A program made the translations under genes and the position numbers. A DNA stretch of 64,000 nucleotides from Poseidonia sp. (GTDB lineage: Archaea > Thermoplasmatota > Poseidoniia > Poseidoniales > Poseidoniaceae), in NCBI GenBank assembly GCA_965661285.1, contig CBFIDD010000001.1, forward strand, positions 276,753 through 340,752, in the 5' to 3' direction. A model generated the notes under the pieces. It saw only the letters and a program-made list of their open reading frames with translations. It did not search any database and was not told the DNA's origin. Below, piece after piece: positions 21,601-28,775 of the stretch (position 1 is its first letter; every line of letters starts with the position of its first letter).

Positions 21601-24453
21601 CGCAATACCGCCCTGTTTTGGATGGTTGGTCATGATGGGCACGTGAGGCTGACCCTCGAGGATTTGCATAGCAAACATGGTCAACGCACGCTTTGGACCG
21701 ACCTCAACAAACAAGCGTCCGCCGGCAGCGTACATGGTTTCGATCTGCTTGGTCCATTCTACCGAGGAAGCCATTTGCGGAGCGAGTTTCTCCAAAATGG
21801 CCGTCTTGGCGTCGTCGCCTTTGTCGGGATAGAACGTGCCGTCGACATTGGCGGTGATGGGGACCTCAGGCCAGCGGATTTCCAAGCCCTCCAAGAACCG
21901 GCGAAGCGGTTCGTTTGCTGGGGCTACGATTCGAGAGTGGAAGGCGTGTGAGGTCGCCAAGGCAACGCAGGAGAACCCTTGCGCCTCAAACATCTCCATG
22001 GCGGCCTTGACGGGTTCGGTTTCTCCGGCAATGACCGTCATCTTGGGCGAGTTTTTGTTGGCCGCGATCACATACCCCTCGGTCGCTTCAAGCACCGCCT
22101 CGACCGCCTCATAGGGCGCGGTTACGCTGGCCATCAAGCCCTTGTCGTCGATTTCAACGGCGCCCATTTCCGTTCCGCGCGCTGCGGCGGCGCGCAGTGC
22201 TCCGTCCATATCCAAAATACCAGAGGACATGAGGGCGGCGTATTCACCCAACGAGTGGCCTGCGACCATGTCAGGTGAGTGCCCGTAGGTTTGGAGAGTC
22301 CGCTCAATCGCCAAGTCGGCGGTGAGCATCGCAGGTTGCGTGTATTCGGTCTGCTTGAGTTTGTGCTCTGCTTCTTTCAATTCATCCTTAGAGAGCGCCG
22401 AGCGCAAGACAAATCCTGAGAGGGTCTCGCCTCCCAGCACCTCAACCATCGTTTCATCGGCCTGTTCCCAAACGGCTGCGGGGGCCGTGAAGCGTTGCAC
22501 CAAATCGGCGGTCATCCCGACGTATTGACTCCCCTGCCCGGGGTACATGTGAACGGTTTTTGCCTCGGCCGGCATGGCAGGCTGGTCGGTCAGCAACACA
22601 CCTTGTGCCTGCAAGAAGCCCCACTTCTCGGCGTCCATCATGGCCTGGCTCGCCAGGGTTTGTCGCTTCGCAAATTCGGCCCAAGACGTCGCCACGAGTG
22701 CCATGCGAACCGCTTGATTGGAATCAAAGGCCGAACTCGCGGTTTGCAGCGCCTCAGAGAGTCGGCGACCCTTCGGGTCGTCATCGAACAAGGGGGCGTC
22801 AAACGAGACCTGAGTCAGCTGTGCATGAAGCGCCTCAAGGGAGTCATCGGAGAGCAGCAACACGCCGCCTTCAACGGCTTTGAGCGCCTCGTGCGACATG
22901 GTTGCAGGAATGGACGGGTCAAAAATCGAGGGAGCACTGACCTCCGCTTGCCCGCTGTAGGCCGTCCAACGGGCGTCCCAATCCGAAGCCAACGGCACGT
23001 GATAGTCGGGCTCATAGCCCTCGAGAGCGATGTGGAAGTTCGTGCCACCAAAGCCGAACGCCGAAACACCTGCACGTCGAGGATGGCCTTCGGGCCGTGG
23101 CCATTCAAGCGGTGCCGTGGGAACAAAGAAGGGAATGTTGGACCAGTCCACCGTTGGATTGGGCGTCTCGAAATTCGCACTCGGAGGGATGGTTCGGTGG
23201 TGCAAAGCCATGACCGATTTCATAATGCCCGCAATGCCAGCAGCTGCCTTGAGGTGCCCAATTTGGGATTTGATGGAGCCAACGGCGACGTTGCCGCTCC
23301 CCTCAACGCCCGTCCACAACCTGGAGAGCGTGGAAAGTTCGGTTGCATCACCAACCTTGGTCGACGTCCCGTGAGCTTCCACCAGTTCAACCGTCGATGC
23401 AGGGTAGCCTGCTTGGCTGTACGCTCGGGCAATGGCCTGAATTTGACCTCGCTGGCTCGGGGCCGTGATGCCTTTTCCTCGGCCATCAGAAGAGCCCCCA
23501 ACCCCGCGTATCACGCTGTAGATTTCATCATCATCCCGAATGGCATCGCTCAGCCGCTTCAGCACCAGAACACCTGCACCCTCACCCATGACGAAGCCGT
23601 TGGCTCGGGCGTCAAAAGGCGACGAGTGGGAGGGCGAAAGGGCGCCGATAGCCGAGAACTTCGCAAAGGTTGCAGGGTCCATGGTTCGGTCGGTTGCCCC
23701 TGCGAGCATGACGTCCACCTGGCGTGTTTGAAGCAGGCGACACGCATCGAGAACTGCAGCCATCGAGGAGGCGCATGCGGCGTCCATGGCGTGATTGGGC
23801 CCTTGCAAATCCAGCAGATTCGCGACACGTCCCGAAACCACGTTGGCCAGTTCACCGGGCATGGTGTCTTCATCCACCCGAGGCGTGCCCTCAAGAATCG
23901 CTTCGGCAAACTCGTCTGCTTTTCCTTCGGGCAGACCGTGTTGCTTCGCCACGTTCGTTGTGTGGTTGGACCACACGCGAATGTTCGACAAGTTGCGGTT
24001 TTCTCCACCAAGCGCATTGGCGAAGACGACCCCGGTTTTTGTTCGGTCAATGTCGCGTGAGTCCCCATCATAACCAGCGTGCTCGATGGCGTCTGCGGAA
24101 ACGGAAACGGCCCACAACTGACACGGATCGATTTGCGGCAATGTTCCGGGTGGTTGACGCCACCTGCGCCAGTCAAACTCAGCATCGGAGACCAATGCGC
24201 CAATCTTGGCGTAGGTGTACCCTTCGGTGTGTTGCCCGGGGCCGCCCTCTTTCCAGAAATGGTTGATTGGACCGGGCCAACGCCCCTCTGGAAGCGGTCG
24301 GATGCTCACTTTGGCGTCGAGAATGTTTTGCCAAAACGCATTGATATCCGGCGCATCTGGCATGAGGGCGCCAAGACCGATGACGGCAATCGGCTCGAAG
24401 GGCCCCTGCTCGATCCCCTCGCATGGTTTGCCGTCTGCTGTCGTCAACGTCAT
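15622..24453 (-). CDS. Iterative type I polyketide/fatty-acid megasynthase: KS1-AT-pseudoACP-KS2-ACP-ACP-ACP-KR-DH
   Basis: KS1 DAACASS/EAHGTST/KSQIGHL; AT PGQGSQ, GHSLG, HAFH; KS2 NLACASA/SHETYT/GHP; 3x ELGIDTVKQAEI; KR GGGSGVT, HGAG, YAAAN; DH HAIEGVPYHP; SD GAGGTG before the ATG. Confidence 0.95.
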   Translation of the reverse strand: MTLTTADGKPCEGIEQGPFEPIAVIGLGALMPDAPDINAFWQNILDAKVSIRPLPEGRWPGPINHFWKEGGPGQHTEGYTYAKIGALVSDAEFDWRRWRQPPGTLPQIDPCQLWAVSVSADAIEHAGYDGDSRDIDRTKTGVVFANALGGENRNLSNIRVWSNHTTNVAKQHGLPEGKADEFAEAILEGTPRVDEDTMPGELANVVSGRVANLLDLQGPNHAMDAACASSMAAVLDACRLLQTRQVDVMLAGATDRTMDPATFAKFSAIGALSPSHSSPFDARANGFVMGEGAGVLVLKRLSDAIRDDDEIYSVIRGVGGSSDGRGKGITAPSQRGQIQAIARAYSQAGYPASTVELVEAHGTSTKVGDATELSTLSRLWTGVEGSGNVAVGSIKSQIGHLKAAAGIAGIMKSVMALHHRTIPPSANFETPNPTVDWSNIPFFVPTAPLEWPRPEGHPRRAGVSAFGFGGTNFHIALEGYEPDYHVPLASDWDARWTAYSGQAEVSAPSIFDPSIPATMSHEALKAVEGGVLLLSDDSLEALHAQLTQVSFDAPLFDDDPKGRRLSEALQTASSAFDSNQAVRMALVATSWAEFAKRQTLASQAMMDAEKWGFLQAQGVLLTDQPAMPAEAKTVHMYPGQGSQYVGMTADLVQRFTAPAAVWEQADETMVEVLGGETLSGFVLRSALSKDELKEAEHKLKQTEYTQPAMLTADLAIERTLQTYGHSPDMVAGHSLGEYAALMSSGILDMDGALRAAAARGTEMGAVEIDDKGLMASVTAPYEAVEAVLEATEGYVIAANKNSPKMTVIAGETEPVKAAMEMFEAQGFSCVALATSHAFHSRIVAPANEPLRRFLEGLEIRWPEVPITANVDGTFYPDKGDDAKTAILEKLAPQMASSVEWTKQIETMYAAGGRLFVEVGPKRALTMFAMQILEGQPHVPIMTNHPKQGGIASFMTALGALALAGRPPSWPSLDSDALQDAFKAGPLEARQAAPLSSSSSSAAQESLRTRARPLPGSGASPTPVAPAATVHTGPMDSQFALDRAIRAYVGDRIAAHSGYPASFCHGQVSLTAGLGLTADEVQRVVATIASEAEIDPEFDGTAAQTAGDLARWVRTPPSSWSPMTSVSAPSNLKVAPVSTVSMLQQGTRRDADPYVVTGVSLGLPGMDRVFSEDAFEKLVRGETCISEVSDEYKQRLLDKNIVRLIKGRDGSVNMDQATVFGDIPQLAGLKGAFDLAEEFGIDPKAIVAWDISTQLAVAAGLLALRDAGIPLTPVEQIGKGGLRLIRNWQVPQIQRERTGIVFSSCFPGLQMASKHAKTNGDDGEGRFDRRYLFQTLNMGHSQFAQYTGIRGPNTTINLACASATAAFGVAEDWLDAGRVDRVVIISGDDVTGDDLWEWIAGGFAASGAAATNNVVEETALPFDRRRNGLILGMGAAAFVVERNSEAQQRGVQPIAEFLGSTTANSAYHGTRLDVEHVGQVVNSFITDMERRWGLDRHAMAPNTVFFSHETYTPARGGSAQSEVKALRDTFGESTNKLVIANTKGFTGHPMAVGIEDASMFYGLKTRRIPPIANHKEKDPELGDLNLSTGGDYPELEYGLRFAAGFGSQIALSLMRRWPVEGERIDGARLLAWARGLAGTDDVVMRVLQNKLVAYVDGENNLHGGIQGEPWPYTAPWEGKPSVSTPQPMQPSPKPEPAPTAAPVESSLAPAAPAAPAVPAAAPTVVNDENMVATVIDVVVNHTGYPADFVELDQDLEGELGIDTVKQAEIMADIRDRFGLPIDEDFVLADYPTLNHMIGYIQRMTSGEPAPSTPAEVAALAVPEPVSAQAPASAPAASAPAAPLDDAEMTATVVAVVVDHTGYPADFIELDQDLEGELGIDTVKQAEIMADIRDKFSLPVDEDFVLADHPTLNHMIGYIQRMQGGAAAQTATRATPPAPAPATPAPTPAPTAPSPSTAANQSHPEIEGVLVSVVVDHTGYPADFIELDQDLEGELGIDTVKQAEIMAEIRDRFSLPVDEDFVLADHPTLNHFTAYIVKMQGGSPTPKAPEVEVADEVAEISAPVSSSTHAEGPRRWQVEIEGCPGVAAPLHPEGTVVVSDDGWGIAEAFCQRMEARGLSAVRIGFESRIRDASRQEEAGRTVFRADPEQPEHLAWIATQLAGVRLAGLVHMAPMKLASEQWSEDTYPSSQIALAAQGWFGLLKELGQSIPTDSSGFIASVSSLDGRHGNKGDRFNAIQCAASGITKSYAFERPDLRCRALDLHPDFVLEADDAAQRIEKDLLGLAGEVEIGLDRDGRRWSLVAFAEDVVEEVQPLTAEDTWLVSGGGSGVTAASIIGVAQASPKAGAHFELLGRSTLIESTADWIGWTEDQLAEEKNALRERLIEASETGKVTMVEWNTAWQRFTRSRDVYLTLDAIVQTGNQATYHSIDVMDHEGLAQLGASLGRPITGIVHGAGLEDSKLVADKAYEVFDRVVRVKIDGWRALMSAVQASGRDVPDFACCFTSVAGRFGNGGQTDYAAANSVLDAEMARLTATTACRAVAIGWTGWRDVGMATRGSIEAVFAAAGIETLAVEDGVALFVAEALQGGKRRVLGCGTLGVMDRFDSFREAPLKLPPSMAATIADPTRFPFVDKVVALEEHQHMVTQTTLSEEDHPFLTDHAIEGVPYHPGVMALEMFAQSSLLLLPTTCLAGFEEVSFGLPVKLLKGPMTVRVEVNIERSEGDLTWVRCRLVSDLANSKGEVFGEREHHSALVRLIEKHEDLRPFLQGEVDELPETGTPPSGDVLHPASFIYDRYFHGPRFQSHGGVLRGVGDEGRQGIDGLALMRHQLPETDQFALESDGEQVLLEALPMLIEAGFQNAGLVAMELLGYSSLPVGIAWSTMLRVPDADETLRLRSLQVGAPGDGITVHDVVIVGEDDAPVLALKGLQLKAMATVDDNQRFSLER
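18342..19275 (-). repeat. Three tandem near-identical ACP domains separated by Ala/Pro-rich linkers
   Basis: HTGYPADF.ELDQDLEGELGIDTVKQAEIMA.IRD.F.LP.DEDFVLAD.PTLNH three times (~19275-19048, ~18915-18693, ~18560-18342). Confidence 0.93.
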
Positions 24454-24462
24454 GTGAACACC

Positions 24463-25254
24463 TCAATTCATGATGCTTTCCGGCACCATCGTGATGGAAT
24501 AGCCCGCATCAACGTAAACGCATTGACCTGTGACGCCCGCTGAGAGTGGACTGGCAAGCCACAAGGTTGCACCGGCCACATCGGCCTGACTGACGTTTCT
24601 TCGGAGCGGTGCGTTCGCTTCAACGTGATCTAAAATTCGGTCAAATCCAGGTATGCCGCTGGCAGCGATGGTCCGTATGGGCCCGGAGGAAATGGCATTG
24701 ACACGATGACCCTCTGGCCCGAGATGGCAGGCGAGTTCACGTGTCCAGCACTCCAAAGCCGCTTTTGCCATGGACATGATGCCGTAACTGGGAACGAATC
24801 GATTGGAAGCCGCATACGTCAGTGTGATGGTTGAGGAACCGGGATTGAGGTAGGGGAGGGCGTGCTTGAGGCAGCGCTGAAGCGAATTCGCCGAGATGGT
24901 CATGGCGGTGTTGATGTCGTCGTCTTCAACAAAAAGAATGGGCCGGTCAAAACACGAGCGAGGCGCAAACCCGATGGCGTGGACCAAGATGTCCGCCTTC
25001 TTACCGGGGTGGTCTGCGGCAAAGGCGGTGAAAAATTCCTGCGTGGTGCTGTCCGAAGCGACGTCGAGCGGATAGAAACCACCGATGGCGGGAAGTTCGT
25101 CCTTGAGTTTGAACACACGACTCATGAATCGCTTCTGGTACCCCAGATAGAGCGTGACCCCAGCCGCTGCCAATTGCTTGCAAATCGCCCATGCAATGGA
25201 GTCTTCGCTTGCCACTCCAAACACAAAGGCCGTTTTTCCTTCCAGTCCAAGCAT
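24463..25254 (-). CDS. fabI: Enoyl-ACP reductase (FabI family)
   Basis: GVASEDSIAWAI, HAIGFAP, YGIMSMAK (YxxMxxxK), VNAISSGPIRT, VDAG; ends 9 nt before the megasynthase start. Confidence 0.93.
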   Translation of the reverse strand: MLGLEGKTAFVFGVASEDSIAWAICKQLAAAGVTLYLGYQKRFMSRVFKLKDELPAIGGFYPLDVASDSTTQEFFTAFAADHPGKKADILVHAIGFAPRSCFDRPILFVEDDDINTAMTISANSLQRCLKHALPYLNPGSSTITLTYAASNRFVPSYGIMSMAKAALECWTRELACHLGPEGHRVNAISSGPIRTIAASGIPGFDRILDHVEANAPLRRNVSQADVAGATLWLASPLSAGVTGQCVYVDAGYSITMVPESIMN

Positions 25255-25371
25255 GAAAATCCTCCTCGGGGATTAGGTGTAGTGCGCTACACCAAGCCTT
25301 TGAGTGTTACCTCTCAAATCGTGCCACATCGGCCGAGTTCAAGACCGTAGAAGGAGCGCCAAAACGCAAGG

Positions 25372-26469
25372 TCAAAGGTCGGCGAAAACGTCGTCAAATT
25401 CGTCTTCTTCGTCCTCAGGGAACAAATCGTCCAGATCGGAGAGGTCCAAATCATCCAAGTCGTCATCCTCTGGCTCGTCCTCCACATCAACGGGAGGCAC
25501 ATACATCGGTTGAGCGTTGGCTCGTCGACGAATAGTTCGAGCCAAAGCCACAACAAAGATCAGGCCGAAAAGAACGGCAGCCCCGATGCTCCCGTACATC
25601 ACGAGGGTGTCTTTGTCAACCTCTTCCAAGCCGCCGCCAAGTCCGCCAGCCGTGTTGCTGACCTCGAGTTGAATGGAGATGCTGGTCTCGCTCACGGGGG
25701 CTTCGCCATCGTTCTCACTTTCGGCTTGGAAAATAACCTGGAGCCGTTCCTCAGCGGCCACTTCCGAGGGCGCCCTGATGGTCAATTCGCGCACCGTTGA
25801 AACGCCGCCTTCGGTGACGTCTTCAGCCACGAACGTGCCGCTAGGGAAGGTGAAACCAGCCTGCTCAAGTTCGGCGGCATTGGTGATGGAAACACGAATC
25901 TTATCGTCGTCGTTACCGTTGTTTTGGAATTGGAACGTGATGGCGACTTCATCGCCCTGAGCCATGGTTCGTGTGCTCTTGTCAGAAATGTCAAGGTCCA
26001 CCATACCAAAGGTCGCTACGTTGAGGTCGCCGTTCACCGTTGCGTTTGACGAGAGCCCTTCCGGCCAGTCAAGCATCCCGACATTGGTGACCGTAGCGGT
26101 CAAGGTGAATTCGTAGGAGACCTCGGCTGAAAGGCGGGTTTGACCGTTGAAGGTGACTTTGAAATCTTCTTCTTCATCAGGACCGAGGTCAAAGGAATCC
26201 TCCTCCAACATCATGTCGACTTCAAGACCGTCCCACTCCTTTTCGACAGCGATGGTTTCTTGGAACGAGGAGGGGTTCCTGACGGTGCAGGTGATCTCCA
26301 CCACGGGTTCACTGAGCGGATGAACATCGAGTTCGGGCTGTTTTTCGTCGCAGTCGATCTCAACGCCGGGCGCCGTGGGAGCTTGAGCTTGGACAGAGCC
26401 TGCGAGACTGCACAGCAAGAGCGCCACCACAACCCATCCAAAGCGGCGTGAAGCTAGCATGGCCCTCAT
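25372..26469 (-). CDS. Secreted Ig-like protein with C-terminal TM and acidic tail (choice-of-anchor T-like, tentative)
   Basis: Signal peptide, beta-rich domains with N.GN..D motif, TM, Asp/Glu-rich tail; start moved to MRAMLASRR. Confidence 0.7.
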   Translation of the reverse strand: MRAMLASRRFGWVVVALLLCSLAGSVQAQAPTAPGVEIDCDEKQPELDVHPLSEPVVEITCTVRNPSSFQETIAVEKEWDGLEVDMMLEEDSFDLGPDEEEDFKVTFNGQTRLSAEVSYEFTLTATVTNVGMLDWPEGLSSNATVNGDLNVATFGMVDLDISDKSTRTMAQGDEVAITFQFQNNGNDDDKIRVSITNAAELEQAGFTFPSGTFVAEDVTEGGVSTVRELTIRAPSEVAAEERLQVIFQAESENDGEAPVSETSISIQLEVSNTAGGLGGGLEEVDKDTLVMYGSIGAAVLFGLIFVVALARTIRRRANAQPMYVPPVDVEDEPEDDDLDDLDLSDLDDLFPEDEEDEFDDVFADL

Positions 26470-26539
26470 GGTCCCCTGTGGTTTCTCTTTCATCAATGTG
26501 ATGGGGTGTTGTCGGCAAAAATATGCGTTCATAAACACC

Positions 26540-27409
26540 TCATTCTTCTCCGTAGACAACGGCCGGCAGGACGCTGTGCGTGTTCCACATGACGTCTTCG
26601 TCAACGCCTGCAGCCAGCAATTGTTGGGTCCGTTTCGGCACGGTTTTGGGGCCCAGCACGGCACCGGGACGACGAGGGTCATCCATGTAATCGGTTTCGA
26701 GGAAAAACCCGTTTTTCGCCATGCGATGGGTTTCAACCAACCGTTCCAAAGCGCCTTTTCCGCACAACACGCTGGGCGTGAGGCCGTGGGTGTGTTCAGC
26801 ACGAACATCGGGGGGAGAATAATGGCGCACCAGTTTTCTCAAATCCATCCCTTGACGAAGCGCTCGACGAGACAAATCGCCGTAGGTGTCCTCTCGCTCG
26901 CCTTCCACGTGAAGTTGAAGTGGCAATCCCTCTTGAGCAGCAAGGTGCATCGTTTCATCGAGAAGTTGGTTTGAAAGGTCCCAAATTTCGTCCGAAACAG
27001 GCCAATGAGGTCGCCCCACCTCGCCGATGGCGTGAGCCTGCCCCTCGTGGACAAACCCAAGGGCGGCTTCAATGGAATGGCGGTAATTCTCAATCGCACG
27101 CTCCTTTCCAGCATCCCCTTCGTTGGAGACCCAGCGCTCGAATTGATGGGCGAAGGCCGCAGGATGCGGGCCGAGAACGACACGTACGCCAAGGCCAACG
27201 TCCTCTCGTACCGACGCCGCCATCCGAATCGTGTCGGCGTAGGCGTTGCGATGGCCTTCAAAGGTCTCGGGAGGTGCGGAAAAATCAGGGCAGTGAACGA
27301 GCACGAGGTCGGTTCCGCCCACGCGCTGAAAAGAGCGTGCTGCATCAAGGAACAATCCCTTTCGGTTGAGGTGAAAGTGGTTGTCCAAAATCGGACCGTC
27401 ATAGACCAT
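26540..27409 (-). CDS. TatD-family metal-dependent hydrolase/nuclease (archaeal type)
   Basis: DNHFH, AIGEVGRPH, LQLH, LETDYMDDP.RPG motifs. Confidence 0.88.
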   Translation of the reverse strand: MVYDGPILDNHFHLNRKGLFLDAARSFQRVGGTDLVLVHCPDFSAPPETFEGHRNAYADTIRMAASVREDVGLGVRVVLGPHPAAFAHQFERWVSNEGDAGKERAIENYRHSIEAALGFVHEGQAHAIGEVGRPHWPVSDEIWDLSNQLLDETMHLAAQEGLPLQLHVEGEREDTYGDLSRRALRQGMDLRKLVRHYSPPDVRAEHTHGLTPSVLCGKGALERLVETHRMAKNGFFLETDYMDDPRRPGAVLGPKTVPKRTQQLLAAGVDEDVMWNTHSVLPAVVYGEE

Positions 27410-27418
27410 GGAGTTCCC

Positions 27419-27961
27419 TCAAATTCGGTCGACGAAATAGCCGTTATCGCTGAACACGCCGTTCCAGTAGACCGCCGCCATGGCCACCATGTTCGGATGA
27501 CGGGCATCCGCCACGATGCACTTGCCGTTGGGCCAAATCTGAACGGTCAAGCTGTGTCGGGTGTCGGTCAACGTGGTGCAGCCGAGGCGAGCGTCAAACT
27601 CGGCGGCCCCTGAGGGCAGGCTGGCTGGAATGGCCTCCAAATTGAGGGCTCGGTCGAACTGAAACGACACGACGACGGGGCCCATCTCCGCAACAAGACC
27701 GCTGTCGTCCATGCCCATGCGGAGCAGGAGTTCCTTGGCAGCAGCACGAGCGGCTTCTACACGGTGCGTACCGTGGACAACAATCCTGCCTTCCTCATCG
27801 ATCACGAGGGTGGCGCGAGGGCGTTCCATGGCTTTGATGACCACGCCGCTGTTGCGCTGGCCGCCGACTTCAGCGATGACGGTGTCGTGGTTGAGGGGAA
27901 CAGGGCAGACAAAGCGAACGAGTTGGTTCTCCACGCGAACGTCGATGGAACCTGTGGCCAT
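27419..27961 (-). CDS. Divergent TATA-binding-protein-fold protein
   Basis: 180 aa with two TBP-like repeats (VENQLVRF...LN...PRATLVIDEEGRIVVHG...AARAAA; VVVSFQFDRALNLE...AEF...TVQIWPNGKCIV); recognised by eye. Confidence 0.65.
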   Translation of the reverse strand: MATGSIDVRVENQLVRFVCPVPLNHDTVIAEVGGQRNSGVVIKAMERPRATLVIDEEGRIVVHGTHRVEAARAAAKELLLRMGMDDSGLVAEMGPVVVSFQFDRALNLEAIPASLPSGAAEFDARLGCTTLTDTRHSLTVQIWPNGKCIVADARHPNMVAMAAVYWNGVFSDNGYFVDRI

Positions 27962-27962
27962 A

Positions 27963-28766
27963 TCATTCCTCCTCCGTGTCGGTGGTGTGGGTCAATGTTG
28001 ATGAAATCTCCTCAGGTGATGGGCGTTGATTCAACGCCTCCATCATCGCCGCGCAATGGGGCAAATGCGCCACCAAGAGAAGGGTCGCATCCTTCCCCAC
28101 CACGCCACGCAACGTCGCCAGCGCCCCCCGAATGCGAGCGGCATATCGTGCATTTCGGCGCTGCGCCAGTTCGGGCGTGCTGAGCCATTCAGAGAGTTCC
28201 CACCAAGCAGATGCCAAGACGCTTGCCGTGGAGTAGTCCACAGACTGCCCCTTGGGCGGGGGCTGGGCATTGAAGAGATGATGCTTCACGCTCTTCTTCC
28301 ATCGTTTGGTGACGCGGACCATTCCCAGCAATTTCTTCCAGTGCGAAACCGCCCGTGCCTCCTGGGTCAGGTAGTCGCCCCAATCCTCGTCGTCGGCCAA
28401 GGGTTCGATGAAAAACACCGGACGGTTGTGCCGGTCTGCATTGCGTTGCAGTCGGCGTGGTTCGGGGTCAGGAAAACGCCCACCCTGCAGGTGCTCCAGG
28501 GTAGAAATTCCCTCCACGTACTTACCGAACGCCCCGCCCGAGAGCATGGCGTGGGTGAGGTTCACGCCTTGGGATTCCACTTCGTCCGCTTCTTCCTGAA
28601 TCCAAAGGTCAACCACATCGGGCGATTCGAGCAGAGCCAATCCGTGCCATGCCGTACGAGGCCGCATGGCGTTGGGATAGACCACGGTGGGCATCGTTCC
28701 GTGGATGATCACGGTGCCTCCGTCCGGGTCTTCCCAGACCGAATCGGTCCAATCCTCGGCCGCCAT
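27963..28766 (-). CDS. Hypothetical protein
   Basis: Fits the operon with 1-9 nt spacing to neighbours; no motif recognised. Confidence 0.7.
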   Translation of the reverse strand: MAAEDWTDSVWEDPDGGTVIIHGTMPTVVYPNAMRPRTAWHGLALLESPDVVDLWIQEEADEVESQGVNLTHAMLSGGAFGKYVEGISTLEHLQGGRFPDPEPRRLQRNADRHNRPVFFIEPLADDEDWGDYLTQEARAVSHWKKLLGMVRVTKRWKKSVKHHLFNAQPPPKGQSVDYSTASVLASAWWELSEWLSTPELAQRRNARYAARIRGALATLRGVVGKDATLLLVAHLPHCAAMMEALNQRPSPEEISSTLTHTTDTEEE

Positions 28767-28775
28767 GAAGGTGCC

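Noticed and set aside
22495-24060. 521-aa antisense ORF, and similar ones at 12999-14666, 28026-29459, 38903-40339 and 61053-62165
   Set aside because: They lie opposite genes with clear motifs; typical stop-poor antisense frames in high-GC DNA
15622-24453. Calling the megasynthase pfaA (PUFA synthase)
   Set aside because: Tandem ACPs and KR are PfaA-like, but there is an internal second KS, FabI instead of PfaD, and no pfaB/C or FabA-type DH; the product cannot be assigned
10403-25300. Genomic island integrated at tRNA-Gly carrying the PKS
   Set aside because: No integrase, no duplicated tRNA 3' end seen, and the core gene carS follows the tRNA directly
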